DNA of 64,000 nt from Flavobacteriales bacterium (GTDB lineage: Bacteria > Bacteroidota > Bacteroidia > Flavobacteriales > UBA7312): contig JBMHCD010000009.1 of NCBI GenBank assembly GCA_049890095.1, positions 169,366 to 233,365 of the forward strand, given 5' to 3'. The notes beneath the pieces are model-generated. The model was not told the origin of the DNA. It made no database searches and saw only the letters and a list, made by a program, of their open reading frames with translations. Shown piece after piece: positions 1 through 10,665 of the stretch (its first letter is position 1; each line of letters starts with the position of its first letter). The translations under genes and the position numbers were made by a program.

Positions 1-1090
<1,090 letters not shown>

Positions 1091-1101
1091 TTAGCACAAG
1101 A

Positions 1102-1109
1102 CAAATGTA
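1102..1109 (-). promoter_or_regulatory. Bacteroidota -7 promoter box TAnnTTTG (gdhA)
   Basis: Exact match TACATTTG (rc), 23 nt upstream of ATG 1078. Confidence 0.45.
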
Positions 1110-1148
1110 TCTTTTTTTAATATTTAAAAAAACGTAATGAATAAATTT

Positions 1149-2249
1149 TTAATTAAAATTTGACTTCACACAAAATACTTTACCAGGCTTTGAGTAAATT
1201 ACATTTTTAAGCTCCAAATTAGTTAATAAAATTGCCATCTTTCCATAATCAAAATTAGTAGCAGATAATATATTGTCGACGTGCATTTCGGAATTTTCTT
1301 TTAGCAAATCAATAATTAACTGCTCTTCATCATTAAAGAGACTCATTTGAATTTGATTGCTAGAATGGTTTTTATTCCAATTCAAATGATAGGCAATATC
1401 ATTTACAGATTGACATAAATGTGCTTGATTTGTTTTAATCAAATGATTACAATCCATAGAACATTCATCATTTGGTCGACCTGGAAAAGCAAACACCTCT
1501 CTACTATAGTCATTAGAAAGTTTTGCAGTTATCATAGCTCCACCCTTTTGTTTGCTTTCTACTACTACAGTTGCATCTGATATTCCTGCCACAATCCTAT
1601 TTCTTCTTACAAAATTTTCTCTACTCAGCTTGGTATTGCTTATAAACTCCGAAATCCAACCACCGCTTTCTAACATACTTTTTGCTAAATTATAGTTTGA
1701 TGAAGGATATATTTTATCTAAACCATGTGCCAAAACAGCTACTGTAGACAAATTATTTTTGATAGAATACTTATGAGCCAAAGCATCAATTCCATAGGCT
1801 AATCCACTAACCACCAAAACGTTATGCTCCGACAAATCATGTATAAGCTTCTTGCAAATTTCTTTTCCTTGCTGTGTTGAGCTTCGAGTTCCTACAATAC
1901 TTATAACTTTCTGTTGATTCCAATCTACTTTACCTTTAGAATACAACAAGATGGGAGTGTCTATGCATTCTTTTAACCGGTATGGATAATTTTTATCCAA
2001 ATATGTGGTTGCATCTATTCCATTTTTAAGCATAAAATTAATTTCTTGTTCTGCCCTAATCAATACAGATTGACGACTAATTTCATCGGCAAGTTTTACT
2101 CCTATCTGTGGTATTTTCAGCAAATTTGAACGCTTTTCGTTAAATACTGCCTCCACACCTCCACAATACGATATTAATTTTTTTGCTGTAATTGGGCCAA
2201 CACCAGAAATTAAGCTGAGACCTATTGGGAAAATAAGTTTGTTTTTCAT
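1149..2249 (-). CDS. dprA: DNA-processing protein DprA/Smf
   Basis: 366 aa. Contains IVGTRSSTQQGKE...VVSGLAYGIDALAHK...GGAMITAKLS, typical of the DprA Rossmann-like domain. Confidence 0.9.
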   Translation of the reverse strand: MKNKLIFPIGLSLISGVGPITAKKLISYCGGVEAVFNEKRSNLLKIPQIGVKLADEISRQSVLIRAEQEINFMLKNGIDATTYLDKNYPYRLKECIDTPILLYSKGKVDWNQQKVISIVGTRSSTQQGKEICKKLIHDLSEHNVLVVSGLAYGIDALAHKYSIKNNLSTVAVLAHGLDKIYPSSNYNLAKSMLESGGWISEFISNTKLSRENFVRRNRIVAGISDATVVVESKQKGGAMITAKLSNDYSREVFAFPGRPNDECSMDCNHLIKTNQAHLCQSVNDIAYHLNWNKNHSSNQIQMSLFNDEEQLIIDLLKENSEMHVDNILSATNFDYGKMAILLTNLELKNVIYSKPGKVFCVKSNFN

Positions 2250-2266
2250 GATAAAATTGTACTTTG

Positions 2267-2274
2267 CAAAAATA
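2267..2274 (-). promoter_or_regulatory. -7 box TAnnTTTG (dprA)
   Basis: Exact match TATTTTTG (rc), 17 nt upstream of ATG 2249. Confidence 0.45.
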
Positions 2275-2293
2275 TAACTATTATTTTATTCTA

Positions 2294-4630
2294 ATGAATC
2301 ACATTTTCTTAACCTGTTTAGGAATATTAATAAGCATAAGCATAAATGCTCAAACTATTTCAGGATATATTATTGATGAATCGGATAAAAACCCTTTGAT
2401 TGGTGTTAATATAATTACTTCCAATGGTGGAACATCTTCCGATTTAGATGGTCTATTCGAAATTGAAGGAGTCGAAGGTAAAAATACGCTAACTTTCAAA
2501 TATATTGGGTATAAGGAAATAGTCAAAACTATAGAGCTTGAAAAAAATCAAACCCTATCTTTAACCATTGAAATGCAAGAAAATGCTACAGAATTGGGCA
2601 TGGTTGTTGTTTCGGCAGGAAAATTTGAACAAAAAATTGAAGAAACAACTGTGTCTATTGAGGTTATTAAATCATCATTAATCGAAAATAAAAACACAAC
2701 AAATATCCAAACAGCGATAGATCAAATTCCAGGAGTCAATATTACTGATGGACAGGCTAATATTAGAGGAGGTAGTGGGTGGAGTTACGGAGCAGGAACA
2801 AGAGTTCAGGTTTTAGTAGACGACATGCCTCTAATCTCTGGTGATGCAGGGCAAGCACAGTGGAGTTTGATTTCTACAGAAAACATTAATCAAGTTGAAG
2901 TTATTAAAGGAGCTGCATCCTCATTATATGGTTCTTCTGCTCTCAACGGAGTTATAAATATAAGAACTGCCTTTGCTGGCGATGTGCCTGAAACAAAAAT
3001 TAATCTACATCATGGCTACTATGATGATGCAAAAAGAGAAAGTCTTAATTGGTGGGGAGGAAGAAATCAAAAAGTGTCAGGATTGGATTTTCTACATAAA
3101 AGAAAAATTAAGCAATTCGATTTAGTAGTTGGTGGGTTTCTTTTAAGAGATGAAGGTTATCGATACGACGAAAAGACAAACAGAGCAAGATTTAATTTTA
3201 ATACCAAGTACAAAAATCAAAAAATTGATGGTCTTGCATACGGTGTGAATGCTAACTTTTTGAAAAATGAAACCGCTTCTGCTCTAATCTGGCAAAACTA
3301 CCAAACAGCCTATATTCCATTAGATAGTAGTGTAACCAAAACTAGCGGAGACGTATTTAATATTGATCCATTTATCACCTATATAAATCCAAAAAACAAC
3401 GATTCTCATCATTTTAGAACTCGTTTTATGCATATTATAAACGACAACGATACCAAAGGAAATGATAGTGGACAAGATAATAAGTCGGACACCTATTTTG
3501 TGGAATATCAATATCAAAAAACTTTTGAGCCAATAAATCTCAAATGGACAAGCGGTATTGTTTACGAAATAGTAGATGCTAAATCTGAATTATTTCAAGG
3601 AAACAATTTTAGAGAAAACCAAGCTCTATTCACACAATTAGATAAAAAAGTAGGAGATAGAATTAACCTATCATTGGGTGCTAGATATGAAAAATTTATT
3701 CTTTCCACCGGGCAAGATTATATTTTTGAACAAGATACCATAAATAACATTTCGGATTCTAAGCCTGTATTTAGATCAGGTATAAACTATCAGTTAGGAA
3801 AGGCAACCTATCTTAGATCATCTTTTGGACAAGGGTACCGATTTCCAAGTATTGCAGAATTATTTATCAAAACAGAAGTTGCAAGTGGTCTTTGGGTTTT
3901 TGAAAACCCAAAATTAAAGCCAGAACACGGTTGGAGCTCAGAAATTGCTGTTAAGCAAGGTTTTAAATTTGGAGATTGGGTCGGTTTCGCCGATTTAGCT
4001 CTTTTTATCATGGAATACGAAGATATGATGGAGTTTACTTTTAGTCAATGGAGCGGACATAGCGAAGGGGTAATACCAGGCTTAGGGTTTAAATCCATAA
4101 ACATTGGTGATACTCGAATTTCTGGTACTGAATTTACTATTGCCGGATCAGGAAAAATAGGTAAACAAAAGATTAATTTTTTAGGAGGATACACCTATAT
4201 AAATCCAGTTACACTTGAGCCAAACAGAATTCTGGAAGGTGATGAAAACTTAACCTACATAACTAGTTCTAGCGATACTACTAACCTCATTTTAAAATAT
4301 CGTTACCAACATCTAGCAAAAATAGATGTGGAAGTAAGTCGCGAAAAACTTAGCTTTGGAGTTAGCCTTCGATATAATAGCTTTATGCAAAATATCGATG
4401 CACTTTTTTTAACTGATTTTTTCGAAAGTATTGCTCCAGGAATAGAAGAATCTAGAGAACAGCTAAATAATGGAGATTTTTTAATGGACTTGAGACTTGC
4501 ATATACAATTAATAAAATGAATACTCTTTCCTTAATCATTAACAATGGGTTAAATACAGAATACCAAACAAGACCATCGAACATGATGCCTCCAAGGATG
4601 GTTTCTTTGAAGTGGGGAATTAAATTATGA
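2294..4630 (+). CDS. TonB-dependent outer-membrane receptor (CarboxypepD_reg-like N-domain, plug, barrel)
   Basis: The track ORF starts at TTG 2264. ATG 2294 gives the signal peptide MNHIFLTCLGILISISINAQ. ISGYIIDESDKNPLIGVNI is carboxypeptidase-regulatory-like. The plug motifs are IPGVNITDG..IRGG and VEVIKGAASSLYGSSALNGVINI. The C-terminal barrel ends in KWGIKL. Confidence 0.85.
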   Translation: MNHIFLTCLGILISISINAQTISGYIIDESDKNPLIGVNIITSNGGTSSDLDGLFEIEGVEGKNTLTFKYIGYKEIVKTIELEKNQTLSLTIEMQENATELGMVVVSAGKFEQKIEETTVSIEVIKSSLIENKNTTNIQTAIDQIPGVNITDGQANIRGGSGWSYGAGTRVQVLVDDMPLISGDAGQAQWSLISTENINQVEVIKGAASSLYGSSALNGVINIRTAFAGDVPETKINLHHGYYDDAKRESLNWWGGRNQKVSGLDFLHKRKIKQFDLVVGGFLLRDEGYRYDEKTNRARFNFNTKYKNQKIDGLAYGVNANFLKNETASALIWQNYQTAYIPLDSSVTKTSGDVFNIDPFITYINPKNNDSHHFRTRFMHIINDNDTKGNDSGQDNKSDTYFVEYQYQKTFEPINLKWTSGIVYEIVDAKSELFQGNNFRENQALFTQLDKKVGDRINLSLGARYEKFILSTGQDYIFEQDTINNISDSKPVFRSGINYQLGKATYLRSSFGQGYRFPSIAELFIKTEVASGLWVFENPKLKPEHGWSSEIAVKQGFKFGDWVGFADLALFIMEYEDMMEFTFSQWSGHSEGVIPGLGFKSINIGDTRISGTEFTIAGSGKIGKQKINFLGGYTYINPVTLEPNRILEGDENLTYITSSSDTTNLILKYRYQHLAKIDVEVSREKLSFGVSLRYNSFMQNIDALFLTDFFESIAPGIEESREQLNNGDFLMDLRLAYTINKMNTLSLIINNGLNTEYQTRPSNMMPPRMVSLKWGIKL

Positions 4631-5322
4631 GTACAATAGCTATTATCCCAAGTAGATTTAATTCTAGTCGATTTCCTGGAAAGCCACTAATAGATATTCA
4701 TGGTAAAACCATGATTCAGAGAGTATATGAGCAAGTAAAACAAGCTAATCTTGAAAAAGTTTTAGTTGCAACTGACGACAAACGAATTTTTAATGAAGTA
4801 CTACGTTTTGGAGGTGAGGTTGTCATGACTTCTACAAAACACCAATGCGGTACGGATCGATGTGTTGAAGCGTTGACCAAAGTTGAGTCGTTCCAAAACA
4901 TCATAAACATACAAGGGGACGAACCGTTTATAAATCCAAAGCAAATAGAGCAAATCAGAAATCAGTTAGAAAAACACAATTCTTCTATTGTTACTTTAGC
5001 AAAAAAAATTGAAGATAAATTATTATTGTCAGACATAAATTGTGTTAAAGTAGGAATAGATAATAATCACAAAGCATCGTGGTTTGATCGAAAGATAAGC
5101 TCCCAAGATCCTCCTTTTTACGAACATGTAGGAATTTATGGATTTAAAACAAATACTCTTCTACAACTTTCAACACTAAAACCAACTGAAAACGAACAAC
5201 GCCTAAAACTTGAACAATTACGCTGGATGGATCATCATTATTTGATAGATATTCTTCTAACAGAATTTAAATCAATTTCTATAGATTGTCCGGAGGATTT
5301 AAAAAAAATTAACCCTCTTTAG
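4627..5322 (+). CDS. kdsB: 3-deoxy-manno-octulosonate cytidylyltransferase (CMP-KDO synthetase)
   Basis: IIPSRFNSSRFPGKPL...NIQGDEPFI motifs. The ATG overlaps the receptor stop (ATGA at 4627-4630). Confidence 0.9.
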   Translation: MSTIAIIPSRFNSSRFPGKPLIDIHGKTMIQRVYEQVKQANLEKVLVATDDKRIFNEVLRFGGEVVMTSTKHQCGTDRCVEALTKVESFQNIINIQGDEPFINPKQIEQIRNQLEKHNSSIVTLAKKIEDKLLLSDINCVKVGIDNNHKASWFDRKISSQDPPFYEHVGIYGFKTNTLLQLSTLKPTENEQRLKLEQLRWMDHHYLIDILLTEFKSISIDCPEDLKKINPL

Positions 5323-5342
5323 ATTTATTTTAACGAATTTAA

Positions 5343-5350
5343 TACCTTTG
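5343..5350 (+). promoter_or_regulatory. -7 box TAnnTTTG (HU/SPOR gene), start-proximal
   Basis: TACCTTTG. The G is 4 nt before GTG 5355 and 7 nt before ATG 5358. Confidence 0.45.
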
Positions 5351-5354
5351 TTTT

Positions 5355-6323
5355 GTGATGAATAAAAAAATCAATTCTTGTATTTCAGAGTTACTATACA
5401 AAAACGATTGTGTTGTAATTCCAGGTTTTGGTGGTTTTGTTGCTAATATTCAAGCAGCAACTATCGATAAAAGAACAAACTCTTTACATCCAGCATCAAA
5501 GTCCATTGTTTTTAATAAAAGCTTAAATAATAACGATGGTTTATTGACTAATGAAGTGGCTGTGAATGAAGGAATTACATTTAAACAAGCACAAAAAAAT
5601 ATTGAAGATTATGTGGCATATCTTAACGATAGCTTACATCTTCATAAAAAAGTTTTTTTAGAAGAAATTGGAACTTTATTGTTAGTAGACAATCAAAATA
5701 TCATTTTTGTTCAGTCAACAACTAGCAATCATCTTTTGGATAGCTACGGATACTCAACTATTCAATTTTCGGCTATTGAAAGAGAAATTAATCCTATTCA
5801 AAAGCAAATTAGCCAATTTTCAGAAAAATCAGTTTCCCAAAGCAAAAGATCATGGTTAAAAGCTGCGGCTGTTGCTATTCCTTTTACAATGCTTTGTCTT
5901 GTAGGTTTTAACAACCAAGAAAAAATCAAAACTTCCTACGCTAGTTTAATACCAATAAATAAAACAGAGATTAAAGAAGCTCCAAAACCAAAGTTGAGTC
6001 ATCAATTTAGTATTAATAGCACTTCCAAAGATATCGAGCAAGCTATTAGAAGCTACTACCAATTACAACAAAATATGGAAACAGAAATTGCTTTTCCAAA
6101 ATACTTTGTTGTAGCAGGTTCTTTCAAGTCGAAAAAAAATGCTAAAAAATTAGTCAAAAAATTAGCTAAGTGGAACTTCAATAACGCTCATGTTATGGAG
6201 AAAAGCAAAAACGGATTTTATAGAGTATGCTATACTTCGCACTTCGAAAAAGAACAAGCTTTAAACTCCTTAAACAAGATTAAAAAATCTAATCCTTCTG
6301 CTTGGTTATTTAGCTTAAAATAA
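5355..6323 (+). CDS. HU-like DNA-binding-fold / SPOR domain protein
   Basis: The N-terminus VIPGFGGFVANIQAATIDKRTNSLHPASK is HU-CCDC81-like. There is one central TM segment. The C-terminus YFVVAGSFKSKKNAKKLVKKL...FYRVCYTSHFEKEQALNSLNKIK is a SPOR peptidoglycan-binding domain. Start is GTG 5355 or ATG 5358. Confidence 0.7.
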   Translation: MMNKKINSCISELLYKNDCVVIPGFGGFVANIQAATIDKRTNSLHPASKSIVFNKSLNNNDGLLTNEVAVNEGITFKQAQKNIEDYVAYLNDSLHLHKKVFLEEIGTLLLVDNQNIIFVQSTTSNHLLDSYGYSTIQFSAIEREINPIQKQISQFSEKSVSQSKRSWLKAAAVAIPFTMLCLVGFNNQEKIKTSYASLIPINKTEIKEAPKPKLSHQFSINSTSKDIEQAIRSYYQLQQNMETEIAFPKYFVVAGSFKSKKNAKKLVKKLAKWNFNNAHVMEKSKNGFYRVCYTSHFEKEQALNSLNKIKKSNPSAWLFSLK

Positions 6324-6324
6324 G

Positions 6325-6834
6325 ATGAAATCAAAAACCCCTTCACAAAGTAAAGCCACCCTTACAGAAATGGTTTTGCCTAACGATACTAATAATTTAG
6401 ATAACCTTATGGGAGGTAGGCTTTTGCATTGGATGGATATTGCAGCGGCTATTTCTTGTCAACGTCATTGTGGTAGAATTGTAGTAACCGCCTCGGTAAA
6501 TAATGTTTCGTTTAACCAGCCAATCCCTAGAGGTAGTGTCGTTACCTTAGAAGCTAAGGTTTCTAGAGCTTTTAACTCCTCAATGGAAGTCTTTGTTGAT
6601 GTATGGATGGAAAATCAATCTATAAAAGAGCGACAAAAATGTAATGAAGCTATCTACACTTTTGTAGCAGTAGATCAATTAGGAAAACCAATTGAAATAC
6701 CTTCTATAACTCCAGAATCTGAAGAAGAGCAAGAACGATACGATGGTGCTCTAAGAAGACGACAATTATCGTTAATTCTTTCAGGAAGGATGGAACCTTC
6801 TCAAGCAACCGAATTAAAAGCTCTGTTTAGCTAA
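6325..6834 (+). CDS. acyl-CoA thioesterase (hotdog fold, YciA-like)
   Basis: LPNDTNNLDNLMGGRLLHWMDIAAAI...VVTASVNNVSFNQPI is typical of hotdog thioesterases. Confidence 0.8.
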   Translation: MKSKTPSQSKATLTEMVLPNDTNNLDNLMGGRLLHWMDIAAAISCQRHCGRIVVTASVNNVSFNQPIPRGSVVTLEAKVSRAFNSSMEVFVDVWMENQSIKERQKCNEAIYTFVAVDQLGKPIEIPSITPESEEEQERYDGALRRRQLSLILSGRMEPSQATELKALFS

Positions 6835-7765
6835 TCTGATTAATATCTATAAGATTCATGCATTTAAAATGTCCTTTAGGGCATTTATCGTATCCTATCT
6901 TTGAGCAGGGTCTGCACGGTAAATTTTCAACTTCCACTTGTTTGGATTCAGAGCCAGCCATGTAAGGATACATGCCAAAATCTGGTACTGTATTACCCCA
7001 AACAGAAATAATATTTTTTTGGTAAGCAGCTGCAATATGCATCATACCTGTATCGTGAGTAATAACTTTTTCTGCGTTTTTTACCAATAGAGCAGATTGA
7101 AAAATAGATAATGTGCCACAAGCATTTACTCCTCTTCCAACTTCATTAATTATCATATTACCTCTTTGCGTGTCGTCAGGACCTCCAATGAGAACAAAAT
7201 TTCCTACAATAGAATTACATAGCTCAATCAGTTTATTAGTCGGCAAAACCTTAGTCGCATGCGTGCCGCCAATAACAATTGCAACAAATTGATCAAAAAC
7301 AAATTTTGAAGGCAATTTAGTTTCTTTAGGAATAAAAAAATCTAATCCTTTATTGTCGTTTACTATTCCCAAATGCTCTACTGTTTTAAGGTATCTATCT
7401 ACAATATGAATATTGGGTAAGCAATTGTATTTGAACTTTGTAAGTAAAAACTTTTCTATGTTTAATTTCTCAAAACTTTTATTGGCTACTTTCCACCTTC
7501 TTTTCAGCCGAAAAGTTCTCAAATTATGGTGCAAATCAATAAGCCAATCAAAGGGTAATTTATCCAATTTTTCAAGATCATTTGGATAAGAATGAACATG
7601 ATCTATGTAGGGATTAGGGTGTAATAGCTTAGTATGTTGATTGTTGGTCAGAAAATGAATCTCAGCATTAGATTGTTTTTTCAAACAACGTACCACTGGA
7701 GAAGTTAATACAATATCCCCAATAGAACTCAAACGAATGATTAATATTTTTAATGGTTCAGACAT
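6827..7765 (-). CDS. glycosyltransferase family 9 (LPS heptosyltransferase-like)
   Basis: ILIIRLSSIGDIVLTSPVVRCLK at the N-terminus and THDTGMMHIAAA near the C-terminus are GT9 hallmarks. Confidence 0.8.
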   Translation of the reverse strand: MSEPLKILIIRLSSIGDIVLTSPVVRCLKKQSNAEIHFLTNNQHTKLLHPNPYIDHVHSYPNDLEKLDKLPFDWLIDLHHNLRTFRLKRRWKVANKSFEKLNIEKFLLTKFKYNCLPNIHIVDRYLKTVEHLGIVNDNKGLDFFIPKETKLPSKFVFDQFVAIVIGGTHATKVLPTNKLIELCNSIVGNFVLIGGPDDTQRGNMIINEVGRGVNACGTLSIFQSALLVKNAEKVITHDTGMMHIAAAYQKNIISVWGNTVPDFGMYPYMAGSESKQVEVENLPCRPCSKIGYDKCPKGHFKCMNLIDINQIS

Positions 7766-7770
7766 CGCTT

Positions 7771-7778
7771 CAAAGCTA
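7771..7778 (-). promoter_or_regulatory. -7 box TAnnTTTG (GT9 gene), start-proximal
   Basis: TAGCTTTG (rc), 5 nt before ATG 7765. Confidence 0.45.
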
Positions 7779-7790
7779 AAGAAATAATCC

Positions 7791-7798
7791 TAATTTTG
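7791..7798 (+). promoter_or_regulatory. -7 box TAnnTTTG (tatD-family gene), start-proximal
   Basis: TAATTTTG, 5 nt before ATG 7804. Confidence 0.45.
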
Positions 7799-7803
7799 CC
7801 TTT

Positions 7804-8571
7804 ATGAATCTAATTGATACCCATACCCATTTATTTAGCAAACAATTTGATCAAGATAGAACAGAGGTTGTAAATAGGGCAATAGAAAAAGGGGTGGACA
7901 AACTTTTTTTACCAAACATAGATAGTTCAACCATTTTGCCGATGATGGACTTGTGCCAACAATTTCCTAACCATTGTTATCCTATGATGGGACTTCATCC
8001 TTGTGATGTTAAAGAGGATTACCAAAATGAACTAACAATAATTAGATCACATCTTGAAAAAGGAAAATTTATCGCTATTGGAGAAATCGGCATCGATCTG
8101 CATTGGGATAAATCTACTTTGGCATACCAACAAGACGCTTTCAAAACCCAACTTAAATGGGCTAAAGAATTCCATTTGCCTGTTGCTATACACGTTAGAG
8201 AAAGCTTTGATGAAGTATTCGAAATTATAGAGCAAGAAGCTAGTCCAGAGTTGAAAGGAGTTTTTCACTGTTTTACTGGCACTTTAGAACAAGCAAAAAA
8301 AGCTATAGAACTTGGATTTTTGCTAGGGATTGGAGGTGTGGTAACCTTCAAAAAAAGTCACTTACCTCAACTATTACCAAATATAGAGCTAAACAAAATA
8401 ATACTTGAAACCGACAGTCCTTATCTTTCCCCTTCTCCAAATAGAGGGAAAAGAAATGAAAGTAGTAATCTAATTTTTATTGCCCAAAAAATGGCGCAAA
8501 TTTTTGAGGTAGAGCTTAGCGAAATAGCCAAAATTACAACCCAAAATGCACTAAATTTATTTAGAATATGA
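7804..8571 (+). CDS. TatD-family metal-dependent hydrolase
   Basis: MNLIDTHTHL...AIGEIGIDLHW...HVRES...FHCFTG...ETDSPYL are the canonical TatD/YcfH metal-binding motifs. Confidence 0.9.
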   Translation: MNLIDTHTHLFSKQFDQDRTEVVNRAIEKGVDKLFLPNIDSSTILPMMDLCQQFPNHCYPMMGLHPCDVKEDYQNELTIIRSHLEKGKFIAIGEIGIDLHWDKSTLAYQQDAFKTQLKWAKEFHLPVAIHVRESFDEVFEIIEQEASPELKGVFHCFTGTLEQAKKAIELGFLLGIGGVVTFKKSHLPQLLPNIELNKIILETDSPYLSPSPNRGKRNESSNLIFIAQKMAQIFEVELSEIAKITTQNALNLFRI

Positions 8572-9566
8572 AAAAGTCCATTTTACTAATCTATACTGGA
8601 GGTACTATTGGGATGATTAGAACCAAAAACGGCTCCTTAATTCCTTTCAATTTTGATAATTTAAAAAACCAAATTCCTGAATTAGAAAAGTTTGATGTTA
8701 AACTAGATCATCAATCTATAAAAGAGCCAATAGACTCTTCCAACATGCATCCTAATGTTTGGATAGAGCTAGCACAAATGATTGAAGATGAATATAAAAA
8801 ATACGATGGATTTGTTATTTTACATGGATCAGATACCATGGCATACACCGCATCGGCACTAAGTTTTATGCTCAAAAACTTACAAAAACCTATTGTGTTT
8901 ACTGGCTCACAACTGCCTATAGGAATTGCCCGTACAGACGCTAAAGAAAATCTTATAACCTCTATTGAAATTGCTAGTCAGAATAAAACCCCGGAGGTAT
9001 GTATATATTTTGAATACAAATTATTTAGAGCCAACAGAGCTACCAAAATTAATGCCAGTAATTTTGAAGCTTTTGCTTCTCCCAACTTTCCTATTTTAGC
9101 TCAAGCAGGTGTTTCCATACAATACCATTCCATCAATTATGAGAAAACGAACGAACCGTTAACTGTTTTGAAAGAGATAAATTCGGAGGTTTTATTAATT
9201 AAACTACATCCTGGAGTTAACCAAAAAATGATGGAACATATGATAAATCAGAACGTAAAAGCTATAGTTATCGAATCGTATGGAGCAGGAAATGTAAGCG
9301 AAGAAAAATGGTTTCTATCAATTTTAGAAAAATGTATCGAACAACAAAAATTAGTGATTAATATCACACAATGTTTAGTTGGTTCGGTTTCTCATGGCAT
9401 GTACCAAACAAGTGCTCATCTGGATAAAATAGGAGTAATTAGCGGTTCAGACCTTACAACCGAAGCTACCATTACCAAATTGATGGTATTACTTGCACAA
9501 TATCAAAATATGGAAGAAGTTAAAAATAGAATGCAAAAATCTTTGTGCGGAGAATTAAGCGGATAA
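8568..9566 (+). CDS. ansA: type I L-asparaginase
   Basis: LLIYTGGTIGM (catalytic Thr motif), ILHGSDTMAYTASAL. ATGA overlap with the upstream stop. Confidence 0.9.
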   Translation: MKKSILLIYTGGTIGMIRTKNGSLIPFNFDNLKNQIPELEKFDVKLDHQSIKEPIDSSNMHPNVWIELAQMIEDEYKKYDGFVILHGSDTMAYTASALSFMLKNLQKPIVFTGSQLPIGIARTDAKENLITSIEIASQNKTPEVCIYFEYKLFRANRATKINASNFEAFASPNFPILAQAGVSIQYHSINYEKTNEPLTVLKEINSEVLLIKLHPGVNQKMMEHMINQNVKAIVIESYGAGNVSEEKWFLSILEKCIEQQKLVINITQCLVGSVSHGMYQTSAHLDKIGVISGSDLTTEATITKLMVLLAQYQNMEEVKNRMQKSLCGELSG

Positions 9567-9596
9567 ACATCTAATTTTTTACTTTTGCGCTCTTAA

Positions 9597-9681
9597 GGAA
9601 AGGTGGCCGAGTGGCTTAAGGCGCACGCTTGGAAAGCGTGTATACGGAAACGTATCGGGGGTTCGAATCCCTTCCTTTCCG
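9597..9681 (+). tRNA. tRNA-Ser (anticodon GGA), class II with long variable arm, CCA not encoded
   Basis: Folded by hand. The acceptor GGAAAGG pairs with CCTTTCC (9674-9680). The anticodon stem CACGC/GCGTG carries the loop TTGGAAA, giving anticodon GGA. The variable arm is TATACGGAAACGTATC, followed by the T-loop GTTCGAATC and discriminator G. Confidence 0.9.
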
Positions 9682-9686
9682 CAAAA

Positions 9687-9721
9687 ACAGAAAGTATCAC
9701 ATTTTTACTCTCTGTTTTTTT
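9687..9721 (+). terminator. rho-independent terminator after tRNA-Ser
   Basis: ACAGAAAG (9687-9694) pairs with CTCTCTGT (9708-9715) at 7 of 8 positions, followed by a T-run. Confidence 0.5.
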
Positions 9722-9854
9722 ATTTACAGATATCTAAATTATGATTAAATCACTTTCAACGATAATATAATTTTTTGATTTAACTGATAACGGTCTTGTT
9801 TATGAATCGTAGCACATTTTATGAAACTACTTTTTGGATTACAATATACCTTAA

Positions 9855-9894
9855 TAAAAAAAATAGCGGTTCGGGTTGTAACCTAAACCGCTAT
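9855..9894 (-). terminator. rho-independent terminator of the SDR gene
   Basis: On the minus strand ATAGCGGTT (rc of 9886-9894) pairs with AACCGCTAT (rc of 9863-9871), followed by a run of about 8 T. It lies about 25 nt after the SDR stop. Confidence 0.7.
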
Positions 9895-9919
9895 TGCTTA
9901 TAATCGTTTATTGTTGCAA

Positions 9920-10665
9920 TTAATTTCTTCCGGCCATAATTCCACCGTCTGTGTCCCAAACAGCACCTGTAATCCACGATGCTTCATCTGAAAGCAAGAA
10001 CAGTATACTATTTGAAATATCTTGTGGTGTTCCAATTCTACCGATAGGATGAAAGTCATTAAAACCGCCTAATGCTTTTTCCGCTTCCTCCTTACCTCCA
10101 AAAACTCCGTGATAAACAGGAGTGTTGACTACTGCTGGCGATACTGCATTTACCCTAATTTTATAATCAGCCAATTCCATTGCTAAATGCTGTGTCAACG
10201 AGTGAAGTCCTGCTTTTTGCATAGAGTAAGCAGATGAAGGTGTCGATTTTACAGCTTGCTTAGCCCACATAGAGCCAACATTGACTATCGCACCTCTTTT
10301 GGTTTCTTTCATTTTTTTGCGGTAGCTTGAGTCAAAAAGAAAAAACCTCTATTCAAATCAAGATACGAATCGTAATCTTCTTTTGTATGTTCCAAAAAGG
10401 GCTTTGGTCCAAAAATTCCAGAAGCATTGACCAAGTAGTCTACGTTTTTCAATTCATTGATTTCCGCAATCAAATTGTCAAGCTGAAGGCTGTCGGTTAT
10501 ATCCGATTTGTGTTTAACAAGATTTGGAAAGCTCTCAACTTTATCTACAGAACGCCCTATGATATGAACTATTGCTCCTTCGTTCAGCAAGTCATTTGCA
10601 GTGGATTTTCCAATTCCGCTCGTTCCACCTACGATGATGGCTACTTTGTTTTCAAATTTTTTCAT
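9920..10665 (-). pseudogene. short-chain dehydrogenase/reductase (SDR) split into two ORFs by a frameshift in an A7 run
   Basis: ORF 10309-10665 carries the Rossmann motif VGGTSGIGKS and ends ...[14 protein letters not shown] 9920-10312 begins [14 protein letters not shown] and carries the catalytic YSMQK and PAVVNTP. The two overlap as ATGA. One extra A in the run at 10312-10318 fuses them into a single SDR of about 248 aa. Confidence 0.75.
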
